Source: an uncultured Bdellovibrionales bacterium
GTDB lineage: Bacteria > Bdellovibrionota_G > JALEGL01 > JAGRMV01
Length of the DNA stretch: 64,000 nt
Direction of reading: 5' to 3'
NCBI GenBank assembly: GCA_964497185.1
Contig: CAZCBX010000002.1
Span: 2,533 to 66,532 of the forward strand
Shown here: piece by piece, positions 29,792 to 39,330 of the stretch
How the letters are laid out: every line of letters starts with the position of its first letter
How positions within the stretch are numbered: position 1 is the first letter of the stretch
Position numbers and translations under genes: made by a program
The notes under the pieces: model-generated
What the model saw: only the letters and a program-made list of their open reading frames with translations
The model's database searches: none
Told to the model about the DNA's origin: nothing

Positions 29792-30766
29792 ATGTCTTTA
29801 GGCTCAAAGTTACGTTTTCTTAAAAGCGGTAGAAAAGATTTTCAATGGGTAAACATCATTCCTCATTTGGGAATGCATCTGGCTGCCATTATTTTGGTGG
29901 CGCTTTCAGGGTTTAGCTGGATCGCACTGGCCGTATGCCTATTTTTATATGGCGTGCGCATGTTTGGTATCACCGCTGGATTTCACCGCTACTTTGCCCA
30001 CCGCAGTTATAAAACATCCCGCTGGTTTCAGTTTGTTTTGGCTTGGCTAGGGTGCAGCGCTGCACAGTTGGGTCCCATTTGGTGGGCCGGCCATCACCGC
30101 GACCATCACAAATATTCAGACACCGAAAAAGATGTGCATTCTCCCGTCGTGCGAAACTTTTGGTGGTCTCACATGGGCTGGCTTTTTTCAGACCGTTTTA
30201 ACCACACCCCTTCGGAAAATATGAAAGACTTTCACAAGTATCCAGAAATCATGTGGCTGGATAAATTTTCACTTTTGCCACCTGTGCTTTTGGCCGTGGC
30301 GACATTTTTTCTTGGACGATGGTTGGCTGTAGCCAAACCCGAGTGGGGCACCAGTGGCATGCAAATGCTGGCATGGGGCTTTTTTGCCAGTACAGTGTTG
30401 CTGTATCACGGCACTTTCACCGTTAATTCGGTGGCCCATCTATGGGGCAAAAAAGTTTATCCAAGCAAGGATGAAAGCCGCAACAATCCATTGATTGCGT
30501 TGATTACACTGGGTGAAGGATGGCACAACAATCATCACTTTTTCCCCAGCTCTGAAGCCCAAGGCCTGGAATGGTGGCAGTTTGATGTTTCTCATTATAC
30601 GCTTAAAGCGCTTTCATGGGTTGGTATCACATGGGATCTTAAAAAAGCCCCCCGCGATCATCATAAGTTTCGCATCGATGCTCAGGAAAAAAAAATCAAA
30701 CAAGAGCAGAAAAAGCGCAAGCGTGAACAAAAAAAACTAAAGAAAAAACAAAAACTGGCTGCATAG
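29792..30766 (+). CDS. Membrane fatty-acid desaturase (acyl-lipid/acyl-CoA delta-9 type) with a Lys-rich C-terminal tail.
   Basis: Three His boxes HRYFAHRSY, HHRDHHKY and HNNHHFF; 4 TM helices. Confidence 0.8.
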   Translation: MSLGSKLRFLKSGRKDFQWVNIIPHLGMHLAAIILVALSGFSWIALAVCLFLYGVRMFGITAGFHRYFAHRSYKTSRWFQFVLAWLGCSAAQLGPIWWAGHHRDHHKYSDTEKDVHSPVVRNFWWSHMGWLFSDRFNHTPSENMKDFHKYPEIMWLDKFSLLPPVLLAVATFFLGRWLAVAKPEWGTSGMQMLAWGFFASTVLLYHGTFTVNSVAHLWGKKVYPSKDESRNNPLIALITLGEGWHNNHHFFPSSEAQGLEWWQFDVSHYTLKALSWVGITWDLKKAPRDHHKFRIDAQEKKIKQEQKKRKREQKKLKKKQKLAA

Positions 30767-30804
30767 TAAAGTCTGGTTGTGGCTGTGTTGCGGCCTCCAT
30801 TTTT

Positions 30805-31125
30805 ATGAAAGACGATGCCTCCAATAAACCCGATTTGATCGGCGACGCATGGAAACAATCTGAATCTGCCCCCGATGTGTCCGGCTGGACAGTGTTGCTT
30901 CTGAAAAGTCACGACTACGACCACATGTATGACCATGGGTTGGACATCTTAAAAAATAAACGGTGGTCATTGATCCAAATACAACAAACACTTAAAGAGC
31001 AGGGCATTGCTACGATCATTGCGCCCATTCAAGGTCCGCTCAGTTTGGCTGAGGCCATCTATGTTAAGCCAGAAGATCTCAACAAAGCAAAATTGATGCT
31101 TCAAGCCATCCAAGACCAACTGTAA
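30805..31125 (+). CDS. Hypothetical small protein (DUF2007-like?).
   Basis: ORF followed by the hairpin and T-run terminator at 31161-31196. Confidence 0.3.
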   Translation: MKDDASNKPDLIGDAWKQSESAPDVSGWTVLLLKSHDYDHMYDHGLDILKNKRWSLIQIQQTLKEQGIATIIAPIQGPLSLAEAIYVKPEDLNKAKLMLQAIQDQL

Positions 31126-31160
31126 GTTTTTAAAAAAGCAACACGCCATGATTCAAACCC

Positions 31161-31196
31161 TGCGTCCCCAAAGGGACGCAAGCCTCCTCATTTTTT
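31161..31196 (+). terminator. Family-1-type hairpin tgcgtccccaaagggacgca followed by TTTTTT.
   Basis: Stem-loop plus T-run right after the stop of 30805..31125. Confidence 0.6.
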
Positions 31197-31228
31197 ATAC
31201 ACCATGCACGCCCAGCCTACACCTCCAG

Positions 31229-31268
31229 CCTCCGTCCCCAAAGGGACTGTCCCTTTAGGGACGGAGGG
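31229..31268. repeat. REP-like family-1 palindrome CCTCCGTCCCCAAAGGGACTGTCCCTTTAGGGACGGAGG.
   Basis: Near-perfect 39-bp palindrome; same family as 10050-10090. Confidence 0.8.
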
Positions 31269-31301
31269 TTGGTGTAAGTGCGGGGCTTGACTTTATCTTA
31301 A

Positions 31302-31318
31302 TTTAGACTTATTCTAAA
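31302..31318. promoter_or_regulatory. Candidate operator TTTAGA-cttat-TCTAAA next to the Fur-family gene start, overlapping a TTGACT -35-like element (31286).
   Basis: Perfect 6-5-6 inverted repeat, 3 nt before the ATG. The same half-sites recur upstream of ahpC. Confidence 0.45.
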
Positions 31319-31321
31319 AAT

Positions 31322-31729
31322 ATGAATAAATGTTTAACATCTGAACAAATTAAAACCCAGCTTTTGGAGGCAGGGGTGCAGCCAACAGCACAGCGTATGG
31401 CCATTTGTCAGTTTGTGCTTTGTGAAGCCGATCATCCAACGGCCGAAGAAATAAAACAGTGGGCCGATGATACATTTTCCATGATGAGCCGTGCCACCGT
31501 GTACAACACGCTCAACACATTGGTGGAAGCAGGCATGCTTAAAGAAGTACGCATTTCGGATTCGACCAAAGTACGGTATGACACCAATACAGGGCATCAC
31601 TATCATTTCTACGATGAAGCCACGGGTAAACTGGTTGATATTGACCCTGAACACATTGATATTAAAGCCAAGCTGCCATCTTCCATGAAAATGAAAGAAA
31701 TTGAAATTGTGATTAAAGGAACGATGTAA
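31322..31729 (+). CDS. Fur-family transcriptional regulator (likely PerR-type by context).
   Basis: Fur N-terminal DNA-binding region (TAQRMAICQFVL...ATVYNTLN) and HHYHF metal site. Lacks the CxxC structural-Zn motifs. Adjacent to ahpC-ahpD-dps. Confidence 0.7.
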   Translation: MNKCLTSEQIKTQLLEAGVQPTAQRMAICQFVLCEADHPTAEEIKQWADDTFSMMSRATVYNTLNTLVEAGMLKEVRISDSTKVRYDTNTGHHYHFYDEATGKLVDIDPEHIDIKAKLPSSMKMKEIEIVIKGTM

Positions 31730-31739
31730 AACCTTTTTT

Positions 31740-31768
31740 TTGACATTTATTTAGAATTAGTCTAAAAC
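31740..31768 (+). promoter_or_regulatory. ahpC promoter region: TTGACA -35 (31740) plus operator TTTAGA-attag-TCTAAA (31750-31766) between the -35 and -10 elements.
   Basis: Consensus -35 hexamer. Palindrome identical in half-sites to the one at 31302-31318. Confidence 0.5.
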
Positions 31769-31832
31769 AAGAATGATTTTAAAAACAAGCAACGTTCATC
31801 GTGAACTTTGCACAAAAAAAGGAGAAATACCC

Positions 31833-32396
31833 ATGAATGATCGAGTAATTGGCGTTGGCCAACCTTTCCCAGGATTTGACTTAACAGCCACGGTTTCAAC
31901 GGATGTAAGCGAATCCATTGAAAACGCGTTTAAAGACCTTTCTTATGAGAAAGATTACAAAGGCAAGTGGCTTGTGCTTTTCTTTTACCCCAAAGACTTT
32001 ACATTTGTATGTCCAACGGAAATTAAAGCATTTGGTGACTTGTACAGTGACTTCAAAGACCGCGACTGCGAAGTGCTTACCGCCAGCGTTGATTCTGAGT
32101 TTGTGCATTTGGCTTGGCGCAAAGACAACGAAAACCTTCATGACTTGCCATTTCCAATGTTAGCAGACATCAAACGCGAACTTTCAGGGGAGCTTGGCAT
32201 CATCGATCAAAATGCAGGCGTTTCTCAACGTGCCACTTTCATCATTGACCCTGATGGCATTGTCCGCCACATATCTGTCAATGACCTGAATGTTGGAAGA
32301 AATCCCAAAGAGATCATGCGTGTCTTGGATGCATTGCAAACAGATGAGCTTTGTCCTTGCAACTGGAAAAAAGGCGACGATACACTGAAAGTATAG
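31833..32396 (+). CDS. ahpC: Peroxiredoxin, typical 2-Cys (AhpC).
   Basis: FTFVCPTEI peroxidatic Cys motif and C-terminal resolving CPCNW. RBS aggag 8 nt upstream of the chosen ATG. Confidence 0.85.
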   Translation: MNDRVIGVGQPFPGFDLTATVSTDVSESIENAFKDLSYEKDYKGKWLVLFFYPKDFTFVCPTEIKAFGDLYSDFKDRDCEVLTASVDSEFVHLAWRKDNENLHDLPFPMLADIKRELSGELGIIDQNAGVSQRATFIIDPDGIVRHISVNDLNVGRNPKEIMRVLDALQTDELCPCNWKKGDDTLKV

Positions 32397-32462
32397 TGAT
32401 TGAACGATGCCTGCGTCTTTATGATTGTTTTATAAAGACGCAGACCATCTTCATTTGAAAGG

Positions 32463-33014
32463 ATGCTGAGCATGCAGGCGATTAAAGATCAGTTTGAAGA
32501 TTATGCAAAAGACGCAAAATTAAACTTGTCCTCCATTTTATCAGAAGAGGGCGCGCCGGGATTAACGCAAAAACAAATTGCGGGCACGGCTTTAACTTGT
32601 GCGCTTACGCTTCGAGATGAAGAACTGGCGCAAGCCATCACTCAAGAGTTTGAATCACTGCTCGACGAAAAAGACCACTACGGTATCCGAGCAGCGATCA
32701 GTTTGATGGCCATGAACAACGTATACTATCGTTACATGCATCTTTCCGAAGACGCTGAGTTATCCAAAATGCCTGCCAAACTTCGGATGAACGTCATGCG
32801 TGAACCGGGCATCGAAAAAAAAGATTTTGAAATATACAGCTTGGCCGCTTCCACGTTATCGGGATGTGGCATGTGCATTCAGGCCCACAACCGGGGTTTA
32901 AAGAAACTAAATGTCAGTGCAGAGGGCATTCAGTCTGTAGCCCGCATTGCTGCCATTATCAACAGTGCAAGCCAGTCATTGTGGCTTGCCAACACGTCAA
33001 ACAAAGGAGTTTAA
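32463..33014 (+). CDS. AhpD-like alkylhydroperoxidase / carboxymuconolactone decarboxylase family protein.
   Basis: CGMCIQAH (CxxC..H) motif. Sits between ahpC and dps. Confidence 0.65.
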   Translation: MLSMQAIKDQFEDYAKDAKLNLSSILSEEGAPGLTQKQIAGTALTCALTLRDEELAQAITQEFESLLDEKDHYGIRAAISLMAMNNVYYRYMHLSEDAELSKMPAKLRMNVMREPGIEKKDFEIYSLAASTLSGCGMCIQAHNRGLKKLNVSAEGIQSVARIAAIINSASQSLWLANTSNKGV

Positions 33015-33015
33015 A

Positions 33016-33486
33016 ATGAAAATAGACATTGGTATCAAAGAAGAACATCGCAAATCAGTAGCGGATCAAATGTCTCGCTTGCTGGCAGATACTTACATTC
33101 TATATTTAAAAACCCATAACTTTCATTGGAACGTAAAAGGTCCCATGTTTCAGACATTGCATTTGATGTTCGAAGAGCAATACACCGAACTGGCTTTGGC
33201 CGTGGATGAGATTGCTGAACGAATTCGAGCTTTGGGTGAAAGAGCGCCAGGCACTTACGCAGAGTACATGGAAATGGGCACCATCAAAGAGACCTCAGGT
33301 GTGCCCTCCGCGGAAGAAATGATTGAATTGTTGGTGCAAGGTCAAGAATCTGTCATTAAAACCGCACGCAAACTCTTTCCCCTAGCCGAAGAGGCGGGCG
33401 ATGAAGTATCCGCAGATTTGGCCACAGCCCGCATGACCATCCATGAAAAACGTGCATGGATGCTGCGCAGCTTGCTAGAATCGTAA
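33016..33486 (+). CDS. dps: Dps (DNA-binding ferritin-like protein).
   Basis: HNFHWNVKGPMFQTLHLMFEEQYTEL ferroxidase-centre motifs. RBS aggag. Start at the internal ATG of the track ORF. Confidence 0.8.
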   Translation: MKIDIGIKEEHRKSVADQMSRLLADTYILYLKTHNFHWNVKGPMFQTLHLMFEEQYTELALAVDEIAERIRALGERAPGTYAEYMEMGTIKETSGVPSAEEMIELLVQGQESVIKTARKLFPLAEEAGDEVSADLATARMTIHEKRAWMLRSLLES

Positions 33487-33564
33487 GCCCATTTGCGACT
33501 GGTCATCCCCCTGATTTTATGATTTATAGGTTTCCATCATGAACAAAATCAGGGGGATTTTTTA

Positions 33565-34224
33565 ATGGTTCGGTCAGCCGCCGCTTTATTGAGTGTTCTG
33601 ATGAGCTGGACGGCCTTTGCTTATTCAGGGCCTGAGCACATTTACCAAAGCTTTGAAGACGTCTTTACTTTTATGTCGTTGAGTGAGCTGACTACAAAAG
33701 ACCATGAGATCTTTCAAGCAGGATACGAAGCATGTTTTCAAGAAAAATATAGCGAAGCCAATTACCAATGCATCGTAGACATCTCAGAGCTTCAATGGTT
33801 AATCATGAAGTCAGGTCACCAAATTGAGTCTCTTGGTGCCAATGCAATCTTTATGGATAAAAATATGGAGCCTAGTGAAATTCATGCTCATTTTGCTGAT
33901 TTGGGTATCACGATGAGTAAGAAAGACGTTCAGTCGGTTAGGGCATACATTGAAAGACTGAGGCCATGTGGGCATCGCATAAGCATGAAAAAACTGACGA
34001 TGGAGTGTGTAGATCAAGCGCTGGGCACTTTTGCTAAACCAGCTATAAAACTTTATTATGCTTTTAAAAAGAAAGCATCACCCGATTTTGATTCATTGAA
34101 GGAATTTCGCGAGCAGTTGGTCGATTTTCCGGACGTCATGATCGGGGAGTACGCAGATTTTCTTGTTCCAGGCACTGTCATTGAAGTTCCAGGTCTAACT
34201 CCTGCTGAGTCGTTCCGACATTAG
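33565..34224 (+). CDS. Hypothetical secreted protein.
   Basis: Signal-like N-terminus MVRSAAALLSVLMSWTAFAYS; no family recognised. Confidence 0.3.
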   Translation: MVRSAAALLSVLMSWTAFAYSGPEHIYQSFEDVFTFMSLSELTTKDHEIFQAGYEACFQEKYSEANYQCIVDISELQWLIMKSGHQIESLGANAIFMDKNMEPSEIHAHFADLGITMSKKDVQSVRAYIERLRPCGHRISMKKLTMECVDQALGTFAKPAIKLYYAFKKKASPDFDSLKEFREQLVDFPDVMIGEYADFLVPGTVIEVPGLTPAESFRH

Positions 34225-34403
34225 GGCATGTTGATCGATTTTTTGGTTTTGCAGACGTAAAATTTTTCTGAGCCAAAATCACACTGGACAAGCTCAACCA
34301 CCAAGGTACAAAGTAAAGCGTATTGCTTGAGCAAAACACCATTTTCAAATAACTAAAAAAATTACTTAGCCTTGAACACATATTGGTGGGAGTATATTAT
34401 AAA

Positions 34404-35432
34404 ATGAATTCAAATACTTATGATGCTTTTTTGTTGGTTTCATTTGGGGGCCCTGAGGCGCCGGAAGAAGTGATGCCTTTTTTGGATAACGTCCTTCGTG
34501 GCAAACCAGTGTCAGAAGAGCGAAAAAAAGAAGTGGCCGAGCATTATTATCAGTTTGGCGGCGTTAGTCCCATCAATGCGCAAAATCGGGCGCTGATGGA
34601 CAAATTGCAAACGGCATTCCAAGAAAATCAAATTGATCTGCCCATCTACTGGGGCAACCGAAACTGGAAGCCCTACATTCTGGATGCGCTTACGCAAATG
34701 AAACAAGATGGAAAACGTCACGCGTTGGCTTATTTTACCTCAGCGTATAGTTCCTACTCAGGCTGTCGACAGTATCGAGAAAACATCCAAGCAGCCCAAG
34801 CCCAGATAGGAGAACAAGCACCCAACGTGTCCAAACTTCGTATGTTTTTCAATCACCCTCATTTTATTCAAGTCAATGCCAACCATATCGAAGATGCATA
34901 TGCAAAAATGAATAAAACCGATAAAAACAAAACCTTTTTGGTGTTTACCGCCCACAGCATCCCCATCGCGATGAGCGAAAACTGTGATTATGAAATGCAG
35001 CTGCATGAAACAGCCAGACTGGTGGCGCAAAAAGCCGGGTTTGACCATTACCGCCTGGTGTATCAGAGCCGAAGCGGACCACCCCAAATGCCCTGGCTTG
35101 AACCCGACGTATGTGACTTTATTTCTTCTTTGGATGAAAAAAAACATGATGCCGTGTTGGTGGCGCCCATCGGTTTTGTATCCGATCACATGGAAGTCCA
35201 ATTTGATTTGGATGTAGAGGCCAAAGAGGCCGCTCAAAAAAAGGGTTTGAATTTTTTTCGTGCGCGCAGTGCAGGCAATGATGATTTATTCGTGGAAATG
35301 ATTGTGGATTTGGTTTTGGAGCGGATGCACGATCGTGAAGATAAAAAATCGATTGGCCGGCTGGGGCCTTGGCATGATGTTTGTCCGCCGGATTGTTGTA
35401 CTTATACGCCGCGTAGGCCTGTGCAATCTTAG
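34404..35432 (+). CDS. hemH: Ferrochelatase.
   Basis: LLVSFGGPE N-terminal motif and conserved HSIP...MSE core; about 342 aa. Confidence 0.85.
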   Translation: MNSNTYDAFLLVSFGGPEAPEEVMPFLDNVLRGKPVSEERKKEVAEHYYQFGGVSPINAQNRALMDKLQTAFQENQIDLPIYWGNRNWKPYILDALTQMKQDGKRHALAYFTSAYSSYSGCRQYRENIQAAQAQIGEQAPNVSKLRMFFNHPHFIQVNANHIEDAYAKMNKTDKNKTFLVFTAHSIPIAMSENCDYEMQLHETARLVAQKAGFDHYRLVYQSRSGPPQMPWLEPDVCDFISSLDEKKHDAVLVAPIGFVSDHMEVQFDLDVEAKEAAQKKGLNFFRARSAGNDDLFVEMIVDLVLERMHDREDKKSIGRLGPWHDVCPPDCCTYTPRRPVQS

Positions 35433-35460
35433 ATTTTTTATGTTCATTGTGGAATTCTGG

Positions 35461-35533
35461 GGGCCCGAGGGGGTCCGCCTTCGCTAGTCCTCGCGCAGCT
35501 ACCGGAGACGCTCAGGTCGGACCCCCTCGGGCT
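35461..35533. repeat. Family-2 repeat, reverse core orientation: stems gcccgagggggtccg / cggaccccctcgggc.
   Basis: The core cgctagtcctcgcgcagctaccggagacgctc is the reverse complement of the core in 19490-19557. Confidence 0.75.
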
Positions 35534-35642
35534 GGCATTCAGTGGGCGTAATTGGGGGGATGGGTAAAAAATAATGACAAACGCCTGCGGCGTTTGTTTT
35601 TTACATTTATACCAACCACGGTATAGACGCCAATTGCCGTTA

Positions 35643-35713
35643 CAGCTTTTTGGGCTTGAGGCGAGCGTCTCCGCAGCGCAGCGAGGACTAGCGAGTTTCA
35701 AGCCCAAAAAGCT
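35643..35713. repeat. Family-2 repeat: stems cagctttttgggcttga / tcaagcccaaaaagctg around core GCGAGCGTCTCCGCAGCGCAGCGAGGACTAGCGAG.
   Basis: 17-bp perfect inverted repeat; conserved core. Confidence 0.75.
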
Positions 35714-35757
35714 GCTACCGTAAGCGCCTTTAAAACTAAGAAACCAATAAGCGGATG

Positions 35758-36123
35758 TTAAGGTTGCAGTAAAGCCCGTATTTTTTCAACCCGCCGCTGG
35801 TTGGCGCCGAGGTCAGAATGTCCTACGCGTGAGGCCGATCGGACGTGGATTTGTTCTTGCGTTTCGTTCAGTACAAATTCGACATCATCTCGAAAGCGAA
35901 AAATCAAACTGACAAAAACCAGATGCAGGTAGGTGGCTTCTTGCTGTATTACCTCTACGCGAAAATGCTTTTCGCATCGCTGTTTTAGTTCCGTTAGCTG
36001 TTGATCCACAGGCACCCCTGGAATAAAAGGCAGCGGCTGAATAAAATGAGATGCATCATCCGGGTAAACGGAACAAACACAATTGGGCGTAGCAGGGCAG
36101 GGACGCAAAGAATCGGTCTTCAT
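35758..36123 (-). CDS. DUF1499-like small protein.
   Basis: PATPNCVCS motif typical of DUF1499; 121 aa. Confidence 0.45.
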   Translation of the reverse strand: MKTDSLRPCPATPNCVCSVYPDDASHFIQPLPFIPGVPVDQQLTELKQRCEKHFRVEVIQQEATYLHLVFVSLIFRFRDDVEFVLNETQEQIHVRSASRVGHSDLGANQRRVEKIRALLQP

Positions 36124-36135
36124 GGTTTTACGCTA

Positions 36136-36918
36136 TCACTTGCTCTTTGAACTGCAACTTTTTGGCCAAGGAAAAAAAACGGGCGTTTGTTTTTGGTAGT
36201 CTTTGTAAGCTTGTCCCCTGGTCTCTCGCATGTGTTTGGCCTTCAGAGGAATGCCAGAGAAATAGCGTAAGAAAATATACTCCAAGCCCACAGTCAGCCA
36301 GGCCCAATACCCGTGTTCAAAACCACTGGCGTAGGTGGCCATGCCGATCCAGGCCACCCATTCAAAGAAATAATTGGGATTCTGAGACCAGGCCCATAAA
36401 CCTTCTTTGCAAAATGCCTGAGGATCGTTATTTTGTTTTTTAAATTTTTCCACTTGATGATCGGCCAAGCTTTCCATGCTTAAGCCAAGCACATACAAAG
36501 CCCCGCCGATGATGCACAACACCTTCAACGCGACCGTTGCTTCAAAGATCGGTGCAAAAGGGGCCACAAACATGATGGCCAGCAAACCTTGGCCCATAAA
36601 AAATCCGAAAAATTTAAGCTTTGTATGGCGCTGCCAATGATTCACCAAACGCTCATAACGACGGTCTTCGTGCCCACTGGCGTACCTCTTCCATAACGTC
36701 CAGGCCAAACGAAATGACCAGAGGGTGGGCATGGCCAGCCAAGCCCACAACCAAATTGAATGAGGCGCATGGACAAAAGCAAGTATGGCAAATGCCATGG
36801 CAATAGACAGACACCAACCAAAATCGGCCAACATGTATCTTTTTTTGTAGGCGCTCCAAGCCCATAGTAAGCTCATCCAACCCATAATTACAGAAGAAAT
36901 GACAATCCAGGTGTGCAT
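36136..36918 (-). CDS. DUF1295 / steroid-5-alpha-reductase-like membrane protein.
   Basis: Multi-TM, 260 aa. C-terminal LRYFSGIPLKAKHMRETRGQAYKDYQKQTPVFFPWP resembles the DUF1295/ICMT-like C-terminus. The family commonly neighbours CFA-synthase-like genes. Confidence 0.45.
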   Translation of the reverse strand: MHTWIVISSVIMGWMSLLWAWSAYKKRYMLADFGWCLSIAMAFAILAFVHAPHSIWLWAWLAMPTLWSFRLAWTLWKRYASGHEDRRYERLVNHWQRHTKLKFFGFFMGQGLLAIMFVAPFAPIFEATVALKVLCIIGGALYVLGLSMESLADHQVEKFKKQNNDPQAFCKEGLWAWSQNPNYFFEWVAWIGMATYASGFEHGYWAWLTVGLEYIFLRYFSGIPLKAKHMRETRGQAYKDYQKQTPVFFPWPKSCSSKSK

Positions 36919-37021
36919 ACAGATTTCGTATCAAACCCATGGAACACGGCTACTTTTTTTCTTTTTGTTTTGAAAGTCATCGCATAGGGTGAGGGCCAAA
37001 TTGAATGTATATAAATGAAGG

Positions 37022-38068
37022 ATGCACATCATGTTGCAAAAAATAATTCAATGGGCTGAACAAGGCTGGCTGCCAGATCAGATCATTCGCATGGGCATGC
37101 GCCAACTGGTGCAGCAGCGCTACGCCCAACAAGAAAAACTCTATCAAAATCAGAACCGCGAACAAACGATGCTGGATGTGCTTTCGCAGGGCCCGATTGC
37201 TGAAAACACACAAGAAGCCAACGAGCAACACTATGAAGTGCCGGCCCAATTTTATGCTTGGGTGCTGGGTCCAGCCTTGAAATACAGCAGCGCCTATTTT
37301 TCACAACCCGATGACTCTTTGTACCTGGCCGAACAGGCGATGCTGCAAAAATATGGTGAATTTGCGCAGCTAGAGGATGGCATGGATATTTTAGAATTGG
37401 GCTGCGGGTGGGGCAGCTTGACGCTGTGGATGGCTCAGCAGTATCCCAATAGCACCATCGAAGCCATTTCCAATTCTCGGTCTCAGCATGACCACATCAT
37501 GCAACAATGCGTAAAGCGTGATTTGCACAATGTAAAAGTACGAACGGTCGACATCAACGAGTTTACGCCCCATCAGACATACGATCGGGTGGTTTCGGTG
37601 GAAATGTTTGAGCACCTTCGCAACTATCATCAACTCTTTGAGCAAATTTCAAGTTGGCTTAACAAAGATGGTAAATTGTTTGTTCACATTTTTTGTCATC
37701 GCCGCTGGGCTTACCTATTTGAAACCGAAGGGGCCGACAACTGGATGGGAAAGTATTTTTTTACAGGCGGTGTGATGCCCAACCAAACCACATTTGAAAA
37801 CATTCAAAGCGCACTGACGTTGGAAGAAAAAGAGTGGGTATCGGGACAGCATTATCAACAAACAGCCGCAGCTTGGCGCCAAAACTTAAAAAACCATGCC
37901 GATGACATTGAAGCGCTTTTTGGCACCAACTATGGTCCAAAGGAAGCCCGTCGCTGGTTGGGTCGTTGGAATATGTTTTTTATGGCGTGTGAAGAGTTGT
38001 TTGGCTATCGCAAAGGGCAAGAGTGGGGTGTTTCTTTGTACAGATTTTCAAAGGCATCAAAGACATGA
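37022..38068 (+). CDS. SAM-dependent methyltransferase of the cyclopropane-fatty-acyl-phospholipid synthase (CFAS/mycolic acid cyclopropane synthase) family.
   Basis: ILELGCGWG SAM motif and RVVSVEMFEH; 348 aa, shorter than Cfa. Confidence 0.7.
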   Translation: MHIMLQKIIQWAEQGWLPDQIIRMGMRQLVQQRYAQQEKLYQNQNREQTMLDVLSQGPIAENTQEANEQHYEVPAQFYAWVLGPALKYSSAYFSQPDDSLYLAEQAMLQKYGEFAQLEDGMDILELGCGWGSLTLWMAQQYPNSTIEAISNSRSQHDHIMQQCVKRDLHNVKVRTVDINEFTPHQTYDRVVSVEMFEHLRNYHQLFEQISSWLNKDGKLFVHIFCHRRWAYLFETEGADNWMGKYFFTGGVMPNQTTFENIQSALTLEEKEWVSGQHYQQTAAAWRQNLKNHADDIEALFGTNYGPKEARRWLGRWNMFFMACEELFGYRKGQEWGVSLYRFSKASKT

Positions 38069-39330
38069 GCGAGCCACAGCGCATCGCTGTTGTTGGTTCA
38101 GGTATATCGGGTTTGCTTTCCGCCTACCTATGGAGTCAAAAAGCAGAAGTCACGCTCTATGAAGCTAGAAAAAGAATAGGGGGACACACCCATACCCACC
38201 CCATATCCATGGGCGGTCGAACCCATCCGGTGGATTCAGGTTTTATCGTGCTCAATGACCGTACGTATCCCACCCTTCACCGTTTTTTCAAAGTTCTGAA
38301 TGTATCCGTACAAGATGCCGAAATGTCTTTTTCTTTCTACCGGCAAGACCGCAACGCTTATTATGCGGGCAACAATCTAAATGGCTTGTTTGCCCAGCGC
38401 AGCAATCTCTTTTCGCCTCGGTTTTACTGTTTTCTATGGCATGTTTACCGGTTTGGCCATCAGGCTTTGGCAGATCTTGAAAAAGGGTTAGCTTTGGATG
38501 TCACACTCGGTGATTATTTAACGCGAATCAATGCCCATCCTCGTTTGGTGCAAGAATACATTTTGCCCATGGTGGCATCCATCTGGTCAGCGCCCGATCA
38601 GGTGTTGATGGCACATCCTGCCCATGCCATTTTATCGTTTATGAAACATCATGGTTTGCTCGACCTCACGGATCGTCCACAATGGCAAACCGTCGTGGGT
38701 GGCAGCGACCAATACATCAAAGCTTGTTTGGCCAATCGTCCGATCACCATTGTTTCAGATCAGCCCATTGAGCGTATTGCGCGCGCAGCGCATGGCGCCA
38801 TTGTCACTGGGCAAGATGGGGTTCAAGAAAGGTTTGACCGTGTCATTGTGGCTGTTCATGCCGATCAAGTGCTACCACTGCTTGACCAACCCCAACCTTG
38901 GGAAGAGGCTTTTTTTTCGACTTGGCGTTATGAAAAAAATGAAGTGCTAATTCATACTGATTCACGCTGGATGCCGCCGCATCGAAGAGCATGGGCTTCA
39001 TGGAATTATTTTCAAAGCCAAACACACCGTAAAAATAAATTGGTCATGACTTATTATATGAATTTGCTGCAGGGGCTGGATGCCCCCAAAGATATTTTTG
39101 TCACGTTGAATGCGCAAGATTTGATCGACCCGGAAAAAGTTCTTGAAGGTGTTTCGTACAAGCATCCAATTTTTTCAAGCACCTCACTCAAGGCAAGAGA
39201 ACTTTTTTTAACACGTCATCCTAAGCACGACTGCGTTCAATATGTTGGCGCTTACTTCGGATATGGCTTTCATGAAGATGGCGCACGTTCCGCACTGCGC
39301 ATAGGGGAAGAGCATGGACTTACCCTCTAG
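38065..39330 (+). CDS. NAD/FAD-binding amine-oxidase-like oxidoreductase.
   Basis: IAVVGSGISGLLSAY Rossmann dinucleotide motif. ATGA start/stop overlap with the upstream methyltransferase. Confidence 0.7.
   Translation: MSEPQRIAVVGSGISGLLSAYLWSQKAEVTLYEARKRIGGHTHTHPISMGGRTHPVDSGFIVLNDRTYPTLHRFFKVLNVSVQDAEMSFSFYRQDRNAYYAGNNLNGLFAQRSNLFSPRFYCFLWHVYRFGHQALADLEKGLALDVTLGDYLTRINAHPRLVQEYILPMVASIWSAPDQVLMAHPAHAILSFMKHHGLLDLTDRPQWQTVVGGSDQYIKACLANRPITIVSDQPIERIARAAHGAIVTGQDGVQERFDRVIVAVHADQVLPLLDQPQPWEEAFFSTWRYEKNEVLIHTDSRWMPPHRRAWASWNYFQSQTHRKNKLVMTYYMNLLQGLDAPKDIFVTLNAQDLIDPEKVLEGVSYKHPIFSSTSLKARELFLTRHPKHDCVQYVGAYFGYGFHEDGARSALRIGEEHGLTL

Noticed and set aside
35444-35707. 87-aa minus-strand ORF between hemH and the DUF1499 gene.
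   Set aside because: It spans two family-2 palindromic repeats; its composition is driven by the repeats.
36919-37021. ECF-sigma (sigmaE/ChrR-type) promoter upstream of the lipid operon.
   Set aside because: Only a weak GGAAC-like box with no convincing -10 element. No sigma/anti-sigma genes are in the window, so this is left unassigned.
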